From a virus (Duplodnaviria; Caudoviricetes): DNA of 64,000 nucleotides. The stretch's first letter is position 1. Each line of letters begins with the position of its first letter. Below, one piece after another: positions 10,719-19,311 of the stretch. The position numbers and the translations under genes were made by a program. Where the stretch lies: IMG/VR virus record IMGVR_UViG_3300041964_000148; one strand, written 5' to 3'. The notes under the pieces were generated by a model. The model made no database searches, was not told where the DNA came from, and was given only the letters and a program-made list of their open reading frames with translations.

Positions 10719-10750
10719 AATCCCGCTCCGGGTATCTGGAGCGGGATTTT
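10719..10750 (+). terminator. Intrinsic terminator
   Basis: AATCCCGCTCC-loop-GGAGCGGGATT followed by Ts. Confidence 0.7.
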
Positions 10751-10930
10751 GCGTTTCAGGATCACAGATCTCTGATCTGAAGGAAGTAATAGAGGGCAAT
10801 CACACTAAATCCACAAATAAACCCAGAAATTAGCCCAAAATCCCAAAATATATCCATTTTGCGTCGAATTTACTTGACTTTAGTGTTATAACATGACATT
10901 ATAGATATAGAACAAATATTTACAAAAAAT

Positions 10931-11311
10931 ATGAATATCAAGCAGTCGCTGGTTCGTGCCAGCTTTTTTCTTGGCGTAATGAGCGCAATTGCACTCCGTA
11001 TCGGAGTGTGGCTTTTACGACGAAGGACAGATGCAACGATTGCAATCATCCAAACAAAGACCATCTGTGCCCTCTTGCTGGGCGGGATAGCCCTCTACTG
11101 GCATCTCGACACCCTTGGGGTGCGGGTGCAGTCGTGGTTCGATGTTACTTGGCTCCGCCTTCAGTGGTGGAACCAAATAGAGAACCTCCAATACGAAATT
11201 GGATGGAAGTCATTCCTAAGTTACTGGGACGGCTTCTCTACCGGAGCCGGATGGGGACTACTTCTCGGCGCAGGACTAATGTTTGTCCTGATGCGCCGCC
11301 AAAACACCTAA
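10931..11311 (+). CDS. Small Trp-rich membrane protein
   Basis: Three hydrophobic segments; TTGACT-17-CATTAT upstream (10874-10902). Confidence 0.55.
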   Translation: MNIKQSLVRASFFLGVMSAIALRIGVWLLRRRTDATIAIIQTKTICALLLGGIALYWHLDTLGVRVQSWFDVTWLRLQWWNQIENLQYEIGWKSFLSYWDGFSTGAGWGLLLGAGLMFVLMRRQNT

Positions 11312-11372
11312 AAACTCCGTTTCAACAGCGATAATACTGTTGAAACGGAGTTTTTTTATGCTTAATTTTTAT
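11310..11372 (+). repeat. Hairpin plus gene-start element, copy 2
   Basis: AAAAACTCCGTTTCAACAG...CTGTTGAAACGGAGTTTTT followed by ATGCTTAATTTTTAT, which here reaches a stop within a few codons. Confidence 0.85.
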
Positions 11373-11406
11373 CCGTTCCCTTAATCGCAATTAGTTAGAT
11401 ATATAA

Positions 11407-13179
11407 ATGCCCAATACAACCAACCCGATCGCACCCACCAACCCGACGCCCACCAATCCGACATCGACCAGTAGTACACCCGCGACAAACTCTAGTACAA
11501 CTGCGATCACACCCGTAAAACCGAAGGCACCCCCACCCCAAAAGCAACCTATTGAAACCCTTCCAACTAAGAAAGCGACTTTAACCAAGCAGGTTTTTGA
11601 CCCTAGATTTGGGGCAAGTTATGCTCCACTAGAGATCAGATTTCTAACCGGAGCCTGTGCAGATCAACTATTAGATTTAGGGTTTAATATCCAAGACTTT
11701 TCCATGTCCCAAGCCCAAAACTGGGAAAAAGGGAAAGGGCAAACAATTCAGGTAGGGCATAATTTTGATAACGTCTCACCGTGGACGTTTAACCTTAATT
11801 GGCAATATTGGGGCTTGTGGGAGGACGTTCATCAATTGGCAGCCCTCTGCCAACATATGGGAACGATTGACCCTAAATTATCTACACCACCCAAACTACA
11901 GTTTACCTTCGGCGAAGCCATAATTGACCCTGTTGTTTGCACCAACATAGATATTAAATTTGATGCCCCGCATCCAGGAAGTAAAGGGATGCGCCATGCA
12001 ACTGTGACGGCAACCTTTGAACTTGAAGCTGGGAAAGGGACAAAGCATCAGCTTTCTCCACCTTTAGCCCCGAATGCCCTAAGCGATCGCATCCGAACCC
12101 TGACTGAAACAGAGCGAGAGCGTCAAGGGCTAATCGGAGTTACCCGCACCTCACTAGCCCCTTGCCTGGGTAAGAAGGGAAGCGAGAATGTCGCAAAGCT
12201 GCTGAAGGACAACAAGCTTGGGGATGAGGCGACCTTGCAGGCATTAGATGCCAACACATTCGTCCAATTGGCAGTAGCGGGAACGATTCCTAAAGAAACC
12301 TTGGCTAAACCACAGTTCCAGGAGAAGCTTAAGCGTGATCTAGCGTTCCGTATGGCGAAAACTGAAAACGGAACAACTCCAGCCACCTCAGAGCAGCTTG
12401 CTCGCGCACTAGAAAGTGGCGATCCATTTGGTCTTCCCGAACAGTTCACGTCTACGCAACAGGACAGGCGCGTGGACGAGAAGGGAGTAGAAACGACTAA
12501 AGAAAACACCTTGTTTGGAAGGATATCAGGAGATTACCAAGCCGCTCTCACCGCCATCAAAGACCAAAAACTAGCTGCCAACGATGACGTATTTAATCCC
12601 GTAAAAAATCCCACAGCCCAAGGGCGACTTACCGCCGCAGCAGGATGTGGGTTGGACTTAAGGAATAACGGAGCGCCTAAGATCGCTAAAACTGAAGGGA
12701 AAGATGCCGTATTAATTTCAGGAATTAACCAGGCGATCGCAGGCACAAAGTCTGATGAAGAGTTGAAAAAGTTGTTCAACCTGCCCGAAAACACCCCAGA
12801 TACCGTACTTCGGAAGATTAAAAATGGGGTACCTTATCAATCTAAGGATGAGTTCCTCGCCAGGTCATCGTATAACCAAATGGGCATTACGGGTCATTCG
12901 CTTTGGAGCAGTTTTGACGCGCATGAGTCGGCACAGCTCACTGAGGTCAACAAGTTTTTAACTCAAGAGAATCTTAGTGATGACGACCTAAAAAAAAGAT
13001 TTGGGGTAGGGGATGATATTGCCAAAAAACTCCGCAATAATGGCAAACCGTTTGCTTCTAAAGAGGAGTTTTTGAAGGCGTCATCCCCTAATTCAACTGG
13101 AATAGATGGGAAGGGGAACCAGGTATGGCTCGACTTTGAACGGAATGTTGATAAAGTCAAGACGGCAGAACAGCCCTAG
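11407..13179 (+). CDS. Putative tail tube-initiator/baseplate protein with two C-terminal helix-hairpin-helix-like repeats
   Basis: Pro/Thr-rich leader. Beta-rich domain ending PPKLQFTFGE...VVCTNIDIKFD...ATVTATFE, resembling contractile-tail tube-initiator folds. Repeats ending NGVPYQSKDEFL and NGKPFASKEEFL. Confidence 0.5.
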   Translation: MPNTTNPIAPTNPTPTNPTSTSSTPATNSSTTAITPVKPKAPPPQKQPIETLPTKKATLTKQVFDPRFGASYAPLEIRFLTGACADQLLDLGFNIQDFSMSQAQNWEKGKGQTIQVGHNFDNVSPWTFNLNWQYWGLWEDVHQLAALCQHMGTIDPKLSTPPKLQFTFGEAIIDPVVCTNIDIKFDAPHPGSKGMRHATVTATFELEAGKGTKHQLSPPLAPNALSDRIRTLTETERERQGLIGVTRTSLAPCLGKKGSENVAKLLKDNKLGDEATLQALDANTFVQLAVAGTIPKETLAKPQFQEKLKRDLAFRMAKTENGTTPATSEQLARALESGDPFGLPEQFTSTQQDRRVDEKGVETTKENTLFGRISGDYQAALTAIKDQKLAANDDVFNPVKNPTAQGRLTAAAGCGLDLRNNGAPKIAKTEGKDAVLISGINQAIAGTKSDEELKKLFNLPENTPDTVLRKIKNGVPYQSKDEFLARSSYNQMGITGHSLWSSFDAHESAQLTEVNKFLTQENLSDDDLKKRFGVGDDIAKKLRNNGKPFASKEEFLKASSPNSTGIDGKGNQVWLDFERNVDKVKTAEQP

Positions 13180-13646
13180 GCACACAAGCTACCAAACATT
13201 TGGTTCCACATTTCGCCCATATCCAATTTAGACACAGAACTAACCTGAGGAAGAGGCACAGGAGTTGGTTGTTTTAGACTGGCAACAATTGCAAAGGGAG
13301 CTTCTTCCCGCAAAATATCTTCCACGGCTTCCCGAAGGAAGTCGGACATAGTTGTCCCCTGGAGGAAGCATACGAGCTTAAACCTTTCCTTTGTTTCCTT
13401 ATCAATCAAAAACCGAATATATCCATCGGCTTTTTGCAGATTATTCTGGTAGTATTTCGTGCGAACACCTGCCCCAGCCGTCAACTTTGCCGGAGGCTTC
13501 TTTGCTATTTTACTAAGGCTCACTCCTTCGAGAGAAGCAATAACAATTCCCTTGAGCAAGTCGGTCATCTTCCCGTTGGGGACTAGATCTTTGAACCTTT
13601 GCTTGAGATCTTCGGGAATCCGGATTCGGATATCATCGTCTAGCAT
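13176..13646 (-). CDS. Tandem ribbon-helix-helix DNA-binding protein
   Basis: IRIRIPEDLKQRFK...MTDLL and IRFLIDKETKERFK...TMSDFLREAV. Confidence 0.7.
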   Translation of the reverse strand: MLDDDIRIRIPEDLKQRFKDLVPNGKMTDLLKGIVIASLEGVSLSKIAKKPPAKLTAGAGVRTKYYQNNLQKADGYIRFLIDKETKERFKLVCFLQGTTMSDFLREAVEDILREEAPFAIVASLKQPTPVPLPQVSSVSKLDMGEMWNQMFGSLCA

Positions 13647-13905
13647 TGTCGTGAGCTTGGTGTGTTACATATGTTGTTATATTGTAACCTTTCAAAGTGT
13701 GTGTGAACACAATTGCTCATCATCATCTTCATGTTGTCGTATATCGTAGGCGATCGCATAGCTGAAGCCGATTAATGACAAAATCCAAAAGAAACAAACC
13801 CCTTTGGGTATATGCCGGGGTTTTTTGCTTGATCACGGTTCTCCGTGACGAAGGTCTACACGTCATCCTTTGTTACAATGAGGTTATATAGCACAAAGCA
13901 AAGCC

Positions 13906-15132
13906 ATGTCACAACCGAAAGAAGGTGATGCTGTACTAGGAGGAACACCCCCTTTGCAGCCCAACTCAACAAGCCTTGTCCTGGGCGGATTCTATGCCGT
14001 GCAGCGAAAAATCAAGGCGCAGGAAGAAGACTTAACCGAAGGCGATATCAAGACAGTGATCGCACATAAGTGCCGCAACTATGATGAGCTTCTGGTAAAA
14101 ATCAAATTTTGGCAGGAGTATTACGAGTTTGAGGGATTAGACCTGGACGAGTCATGCTTAACCGAAAAGGAAGTAGCGATCGCAATTGCCAATGGGGCAA
14201 GGAAATCGTTCTACCTTAATGTTGAATTCCTGACCCATGATCGGGAGTTGGTCAAAAAACAAGAACAGCGACGGGTTAAGAAGTTAAAGGACTTCACATT
14301 CTCCCGTTACTGTCGCCGAGACTTGATCCAAAAAGCAGTCCTTGAACTTGCTGACAAAAACATAAGCAGAGGAGAGGTGCGCCAAAAGGTGACGGAAAGT
14401 CATTGCTCTTGGCAATCCCATTATTGGATGATAAATGATACGCGCTCAGTTGTATTTGATTGGAAAGGCACTGATGATTTACAGAAGGTTATCTCGACAA
14501 GCCTAGGAAAAATTTCCCGAAAGTACGGATTGCCAATTAGCTTAGTTTTTGGCTACAGCCAACTACTAAGGGACTTGGCAACAATTGATACCTCTCGGAC
14601 ACTTTTGAGGAGATTTACTTTGCTAGATTCTCTGTTGTGTTTAACAACAACTATCCTCTACCCCTCCGACTTAGAGCCATTTGACCCAAGGGTATTAAAT
14701 ATACCAAGGTCATTGCTTTGGAAAAGTTGGATTTTGAATGAAAAGGGACACGAGGTGCAAGTGTCTTTGGATGTAAGAATTCCTCTGAATAGTGTGTATT
14801 TTGGTGGGGCTATACCTAGCGTAATCATTTTTGAGGTGTTCAAAAAAGCGATGGCATATGCGATCGCACTCCACGCTGCCCACCGAGACACGGCTACCTA
14901 CAGTCTTAAAAATCTGGAGCAGAAACTAGGTATCTGGAACCTGCACAAGGCGAAGGAACCCCTAGCTGCACAGGTAGCAGCCGTCCTGCCAGCATTGCGA
15001 GACATTATTGATCTGATAATCGCTGATTTCAAGAAGCAGGTTGAGGATGGCGACGACTCGCCAGCAATCCCTGTTGATCAAATTGAGAGAGTCGAACAAG
15101 ACTTGGGGTTTGTTAAACTAACATTAATCTAA
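13906..15132 (+). CDS. Hypothetical protein with an N-terminal DAVLGG motif
   Basis: 408-aa ORF with an AAAGCAAAGCC leader; starts MSQPKEGDAVLGG...LVLGG. Confidence 0.7.
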   Translation: MSQPKEGDAVLGGTPPLQPNSTSLVLGGFYAVQRKIKAQEEDLTEGDIKTVIAHKCRNYDELLVKIKFWQEYYEFEGLDLDESCLTEKEVAIAIANGARKSFYLNVEFLTHDRELVKKQEQRRVKKLKDFTFSRYCRRDLIQKAVLELADKNISRGEVRQKVTESHCSWQSHYWMINDTRSVVFDWKGTDDLQKVISTSLGKISRKYGLPISLVFGYSQLLRDLATIDTSRTLLRRFTLLDSLLCLTTTILYPSDLEPFDPRVLNIPRSLLWKSWILNEKGHEVQVSLDVRIPLNSVYFGGAIPSVIIFEVFKKAMAYAIALHAAHRDTATYSLKNLEQKLGIWNLHKAKEPLAAQVAAVLPALRDIIDLIIADFKKQVEDGDDSPAIPVDQIERVEQDLGFVKLTLI

Positions 15133-15141
15133 CCAAGCGTG

Positions 15142-15239
15142 AAAAAGCCCCTCCGGGTATTAAACCGGAGGGGCTTTTTTGTGAACATAAAGGCGTATGA
15201 GCAACAAAAAACCCTCGACAGAAATGTCGAGGGTTTTTT
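15142..15239. terminator. Two bidirectional terminators between convergent genes
   Basis: AAAAAGCCCCTCCGG/CCGGAGGGGCTTTTT and AAAAAACCCTCGACA/TGTCGAGGGTTTTTT. Confidence 0.8.
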
Positions 15240-15270
15240 GTTGCCTAATCAACGATCAGGCGGGGGAGAT

Positions 15271-16275
15271 TTATCGGAACGCGCTAACGATTTGCTTCAG
15301 CGCTTGTTCAGACTTGTTTCGCTTAGAGCCAAGCCACAGGGAATTTATATGCCCTGCGTTGCCACCTCGTTGGGTACTGTGGTGACTTTGATACTCTGTG
15401 ACGGCTTGGGCTAGCCCCCAAGCCGTGTGGTACGCGCTTAACATCTCAGATCCCTTCCCCTTACCTTGGTAAAGTTCTAAGACTTGTTGTACAGCGCGTG
15501 GTTGCTCATCCAAGGACTTATCCTTGTCCCCCAAGATCTTAATGATCAGGGCGTGGGCTTCCTCGTCCTTAACGGGTGTTGAGGCAAGGAATTCAGCATC
15601 CTCTTTGAATTTCTCGAAGCCAGTTTTGGCTTCCTCCAGTACCAGCATTACGCGGGCACTAGAGTAGGCAGAGGTGTGGGAAATTACCTGTCCCGCCAAC
15701 CTTACGGGTAGCACCATTTGGTTTGTGCATACCATCCTTGGCGCCATCAGGTCAACTTTTGCTCCACGTCCGCTTTCGTGGGAGTTCGTGAAAAGGAGCT
15801 TCCCTTCTACTACGTCACCTCCCGCAAGCGTGAAGCTTTCGTTAGTTTTGGCAACACAGAAAACTGTGCGCCCTTGGTTTAAGAATCCCAATCGTTCCAT
15901 GACCAACTGCGATTTCTCGCAGAAGGTCACGAAACTTTTTACGATATCTCGGTTCTGGAACGGTTTCCAGCGAAGGGAAACCGTATCCAGGTGAATCACT
16001 TCACCTGGCTTGTTGGGGTTGTCACGGTAGACAACGCGATCCCGGCTTGACTGGAATTGGTAATTTTCGCCAAATTTAATTCCATCGGTGGTGTGGACTT
16101 CCCAGTCTAGCTTCGCCTTTTGGAGAAGCCCATCTATATCGTCTTCGCTGACAACAGCATCGACTGCTGCGCCAATCCCACGATATAGCTTTTTATTGGT
16201 TTCACTGGTTTCACTCAGGTTTTGGGTCCACTGAGTTTCTTGACCGTTTCTTCTGATGGTATTTGCTAAAGACAT
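15271..16275 (-). CDS. DUF932 family phage/plasmid protein
   Basis: LDWEV, PFQN, NSHESG, RMVCTNQ and TAWGLAQAVTEY motifs. Confidence 0.85.
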   Translation of the reverse strand: MSLANTIRRNGQETQWTQNLSETSETNKKLYRGIGAAVDAVVSEDDIDGLLQKAKLDWEVHTTDGIKFGENYQFQSSRDRVVYRDNPNKPGEVIHLDTVSLRWKPFQNRDIVKSFVTFCEKSQLVMERLGFLNQGRTVFCVAKTNESFTLAGGDVVEGKLLFTNSHESGRGAKVDLMAPRMVCTNQMVLPVRLAGQVISHTSAYSSARVMLVLEEAKTGFEKFKEDAEFLASTPVKDEEAHALIIKILGDKDKSLDEQPRAVQQVLELYQGKGKGSEMLSAYHTAWGLAQAVTEYQSHHSTQRGGNAGHINSLWLGSKRNKSEQALKQIVSAFR

Positions 16276-16581
16276 GGTTTTTGCTTATGTAGTGAATACT
16301 GGTGTGATTTGTTATCACATCTGTATTGTAGCACAATGTAAAAAGTATTACGGAAGCAATAAAAAAACCTTTATCACGGAGAACCGTGACAAGGTTGTTT
16401 CCCATCATCACCATCATCAAGACGGCAGTCCTTGTGGCTATAACCGACTATGCGATCGTCCACAAGTATCTGCAAGCACTCAGAAATCGGCGAAACCACT
16501 ATCCGTCTCCGGCAAAGCAAGCAACGGTTCCCTGGTGGGCGAGTTAGAAATTCATCCGAGAATGGCTGATTATTAAATCGA

Positions 16582-16911
16582 CTAGGCATCAATATCCGGC
16601 ATTTCGACTGTTTCTCCTGCCAGTGAGTGAGTGCAGTCATCGAGGAAGCGAATCATGCCGTTCTCAACAAAACTGTGGCAGCGCAAAGTAACCTGCCCCT
16701 TATCGTTCGTAACTGTGGCATTGAGCGAGGGATGGAAGGTTGGCTTTTCAGGATTGCCCGTGAAAGACCAGCTAGCTCCAGACGAATTCTTGTGAGGTCG
16801 GATGTAGACCTCATGGCTCATCTTACAGCCGGGGCAATCAAACATATATCCAACCGTTTGAAGACGCCCCTTCTCTTCGTCTGGTTCTTTAATCGACAAC
16901 AGCTTAACCAC
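16582..16911 (-). CDS. Cys/His-rich protein, DUF6527-like
   Basis: CPGC...H, WSFTG...PTFHPS, CHSFV..G.IRFLDDCTHSLAG. Confidence 0.7.
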   Translation of the reverse strand: MVKLLSIKEPDEEKGRLQTVGYMFDCPGCKMSHEVYIRPHKNSSGASWSFTGNPEKPTFHPSLNATVTNDKGQVTLRCHSFVENGMIRFLDDCTHSLAGETVEMPDIDA

Positions 16912-17134
16912 GATCGCCTAGTCTCCGTATAAGATCCTGTACCATTGCGTCGCGCCGATTGCGGCTCAACCTCTCCTCCCGTTCCCGCTCTTGATAATTA
17001 CGAAGGAATTGCCGCATCTGGCGATCAATTGCCTCCTTCAGTTCCTTTTCTTTGCCTTGATCTGAGGAGTAGATGGTAATGTTAATTGTCAGATTGAGCG
17101 GGTGGTTCTGCCTGCGGCGCAAGAATTTGAACAT
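16904..17134 (-). CDS. Hypothetical protein
   Basis: Coupled to the downstream ORF by an 8-nt overlap. Confidence 0.5.
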   Translation of the reverse strand: MFKFLRRRQNHPLNLTINITIYSSDQGKEKELKEAIDRQMRQFLRNYQEREREERLSRNRRDAMVQDLIRRLGDRG

Positions 17135-17184
17135 ACTAAAATCCCGTCATTGCGGTACTTAGCTAAGTTTAGTCTGAGTACAGA

Positions 17185-17478
17185 CTAATCAGAATGCGAT
17201 CTCCTTTCTTCCTTCAGCGCTGTCAAAGCCTCGGCAGCATACCCTCTCTCGCTAAAGGCGTGACGGCAAATACCATAAAAACTTAAAGTTTCTTGAGCCT
17301 TGTACAACTCCACCAACTTGGCTCTTGTGGTCATGTAGTCCAGATCATATTTAAAGGCGATCGCTGATACTGCTCGATACAGTTCATGGCAAGCGATCAC
17401 ATCCATTACCGGACTAAAGGCGGGTTCTTGATCGGGTAAGTCTAAAAGTTTTGGAGGGGTAACAAAGAATTCAAACAT
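17185..17478 (-). CDS. Hypothetical protein
   Basis: ATG-started ORF in a co-oriented run. Confidence 0.55.
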   Translation of the reverse strand: MFEFFVTPPKLLDLPDQEPAFSPVMDVIACHELYRAVSAIAFKYDLDYMTTRAKLVELYKAQETLSFYGICRHAFSERGYAAEALTALKEERRSHSD

Positions 17479-17492
17479 TTTCCAACAGTTCG

Positions 17493-17558
17493 GTTTAGCT
17501 CAGGTTTAGATCATGTTTAGGCTGTATCTAGCCTAAGTTTAGGCTAGATACAGCCTAA
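17493..17558. repeat. 11-bp-period iteron-like array (GTTTAG core)
   Basis: Cores at 17493, 17504, 17515, 17526, 17537 and 17548. Related arrays at 17167-17183, 18514-18563 and 19154-19192. Confidence 0.75.
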
Positions 17559-17998
17559 GCCACAGCAGTGGCAAACGCGATCGCCATTCGTTTGCAATCT
17601 TCGAGTGTCGCTGCCTTAAAACCAATAGGGAGGTCGAGTTCCGTTTGCTGTCGAAAAGACTGATTTTCGTCTGCTTCGGTCAAAGCCATGCAATCACCTT
17701 CAGCAACAACAGCGCCAATACCGAATCCACAGTATGCCCTGTGACTCCAACCATACCACTTCTGCTCTTTCTCACAGAAGCCTATCGAGCAGACTGTTTT
17801 ACCAGGAAGACATTCAGGTTTAATTCCCAAGGTATAGAGAAAGATAGCCGTATTGATGTCGCCAATATATTCCCCTGACTGGGCATATACTGAATTCAAA
17901 ATCACTGGTTCATTACCTTCGACGGTAGTCAACTCTTTCCTAAGTTCAAACCCTCTTCGGTCTTTAAAAACATGAAGCGTTTCTTTTTGTATTAGCAT
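17555..17998 (-). CDS. Conserved phage hypothetical protein
   Basis: CSIGF...QKWYGWSHRA..GFGIG motif, recognised from phage proteins of unknown function. Confidence 0.65.
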   Translation of the reverse strand: MLIQKETLHVFKDRRGFELRKELTTVEGNEPVILNSVYAQSGEYIGDINTAIFLYTLGIKPECLPGKTVCSIGFCEKEQKWYGWSHRAYCGFGIGAVVAEGDCMALTEADENQSFRQQTELDLPIGFKAATLEDCKRMAIAFATAVA

Positions 17999-18058
17999 TA
18001 GTCTTTTTTATTACCCTCTTGTGATAGCTCCTCGACAGAATCGCGGGAATCTTTTTCC

Positions 18059-18430
18059 TCAATCGGGGAGATTTCCTTCATCCCGTAACTGCTTGAATTC
18101 TTCCTGCAATTCCTCAGCTACGTTGTCGGCTTTCTCCTCCAGCGCAATTACGGTGTTCCGAGCCTTGGCGCTAGATCGTATGATTTCATTTAACTTTAGC
18201 TGCATAGCGAGGGAGTCACGGTTTTGGGTATTTTGGTTTAAAACTAGCATCACAGTGTTTAGCAGGGTTGTGATCGTATTTGCGGATAATTGCCAAAAAT
18301 CACTAAAATTAACAAAAAATCCCCAAACTCCCCATATCAGTATTAACAGTATTGTTACGACAAAACTGATGGGGCTGCCGATAACTTTAGCTGACTTACG
18401 AGCAAACTTGGGAAAGGTATCTTTTCTCAT
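18059..18430 (-). CDS. Low-affinity iron permease (Fet4-like) family small membrane protein
   Basis: GSP.SF, FSDFWQL..NT.TT, QNTQNRD..AMQLKLNEIIR...ARN..I.LE. Confidence 0.85.
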   Translation of the reverse strand: MRKDTFPKFARKSAKVIGSPISFVVTILLILIWGVWGFFVNFSDFWQLSANTITTLLNTVMLVLNQNTQNRDSLAMQLKLNEIIRSSAKARNTVIALEEKADNVAEELQEEFKQLRDEGNLPD

Positions 18431-18586
18431 GGGAAGCTTTACTTTATTTTGGTTGACTCAAGGCATCACGCGATCGCCTTAAAGTATGGCGGAGGTTGTG
18501 GCAAGAAGGCGCTGTGTAGTCCGTGTTTAGATCAAGTCTATATATAAACTAGACACAGGTTAGACTTACAGCAAACAGAGGCACAA

Positions 18587-18841
18587 ATGATTAAAGTTCT
18601 CCAGGTAGAGATTGACGAAAAGCTTGACAACGCTCAAGTCGAGGAACGTATCTTCTTTGACAATAAGTTGCTGGTTGTTGCCTACCTTTTGACCAATGGT
18701 TTTGTTGTCCTCGGTAAAGCGGGGGTGATTCACCGCAATAACTTTGATTTAGAGAGGGGACGGGAGATCGCACGGAAAGATGCCTCAGATCAGTTGTGGT
18801 TGCTAGAAGGGTACAAAAGGCATGGTGATGCTTTACAGTAA
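18587..18841 (+). CDS. Phage gp49/66-family protein
   Basis: LTNGFVVLG.A.....NFDLERGREIARKDA..QLWLLEGY. Confidence 0.8.
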   Translation: MIKVLQVEIDEKLDNAQVEERIFFDNKLLVVAYLLTNGFVVLGKAGVIHRNNFDLERGREIARKDASDQLWLLEGYKRHGDALQ

Positions 18842-19129
18842 GCCTGCCTTGTACAATTCCTCTTGCCGCATAAAACCCATGTAACTATGTAATTTCTGAA
18901 TCGCAGCAAGCCTACATCGCCTCAACCCCTCGTCCAGGTTGAATCCTTTAGGGTCAATCATTGCCGATCTCCCTGGTATTGTGTACCCGTTTCTAAGTTC
19001 GTACTCAACGACAACAACTTTCCGCTTACACAAAACTGCGTACTCAAAACTTCCCTGCTTAATCGCTTCATCAATGATCGCTTCCACCTCTTCGAGGGTA
19101 ACCCTGTAATGTTCTACTGGTTCATTCAT
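18833..19129 (-). CDS. Phage gp49/66-family protein (second, convergent paralog)
   Basis: RVTLEEVE, LRNGYTIPGRSAMIDPKGFN...G...A..KL...MGF. Start reassigned to ATG 19129, which follows GAGGAG. Confidence 0.75.
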   Translation of the reverse strand: MNEPVEHYRVTLEEVEAIIDEAIKQGSFEYAVLCKRKVVVVEYELRNGYTIPGRSAMIDPKGFNLDEGLRRCRLAAIQKLHSYMGFMRQEELYKAGLL

Positions 19130-19311
19130 GTGATCGCTCCTCATATAGGTCTTGTTTACCCTAAACACAGCCTGTGTTTACCCTAAGTTTAGTCTGCACT
19201 GCGCTCGAAACTACGCTCGAAACCGTATCTCGCTTTTGCTAGAATGAGATAGTAGACTTCAGTAGACTATGGTAGACTAAAGTCTCAGTAAAGCAAAACC
19301 AGAGAATTACA

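Noticed and set aside
13511-13520. 10-nt match TACTAAGGCT to the orphan right-end guide
   Set aside because: Too short, plausible by chance, and without a convincing TAM.
16303-16319. TGTGA-N7-TCACA as a CRP site
   Set aside because: The spacer is 7 rather than 6; better explained by the TGTGATAACA motif.
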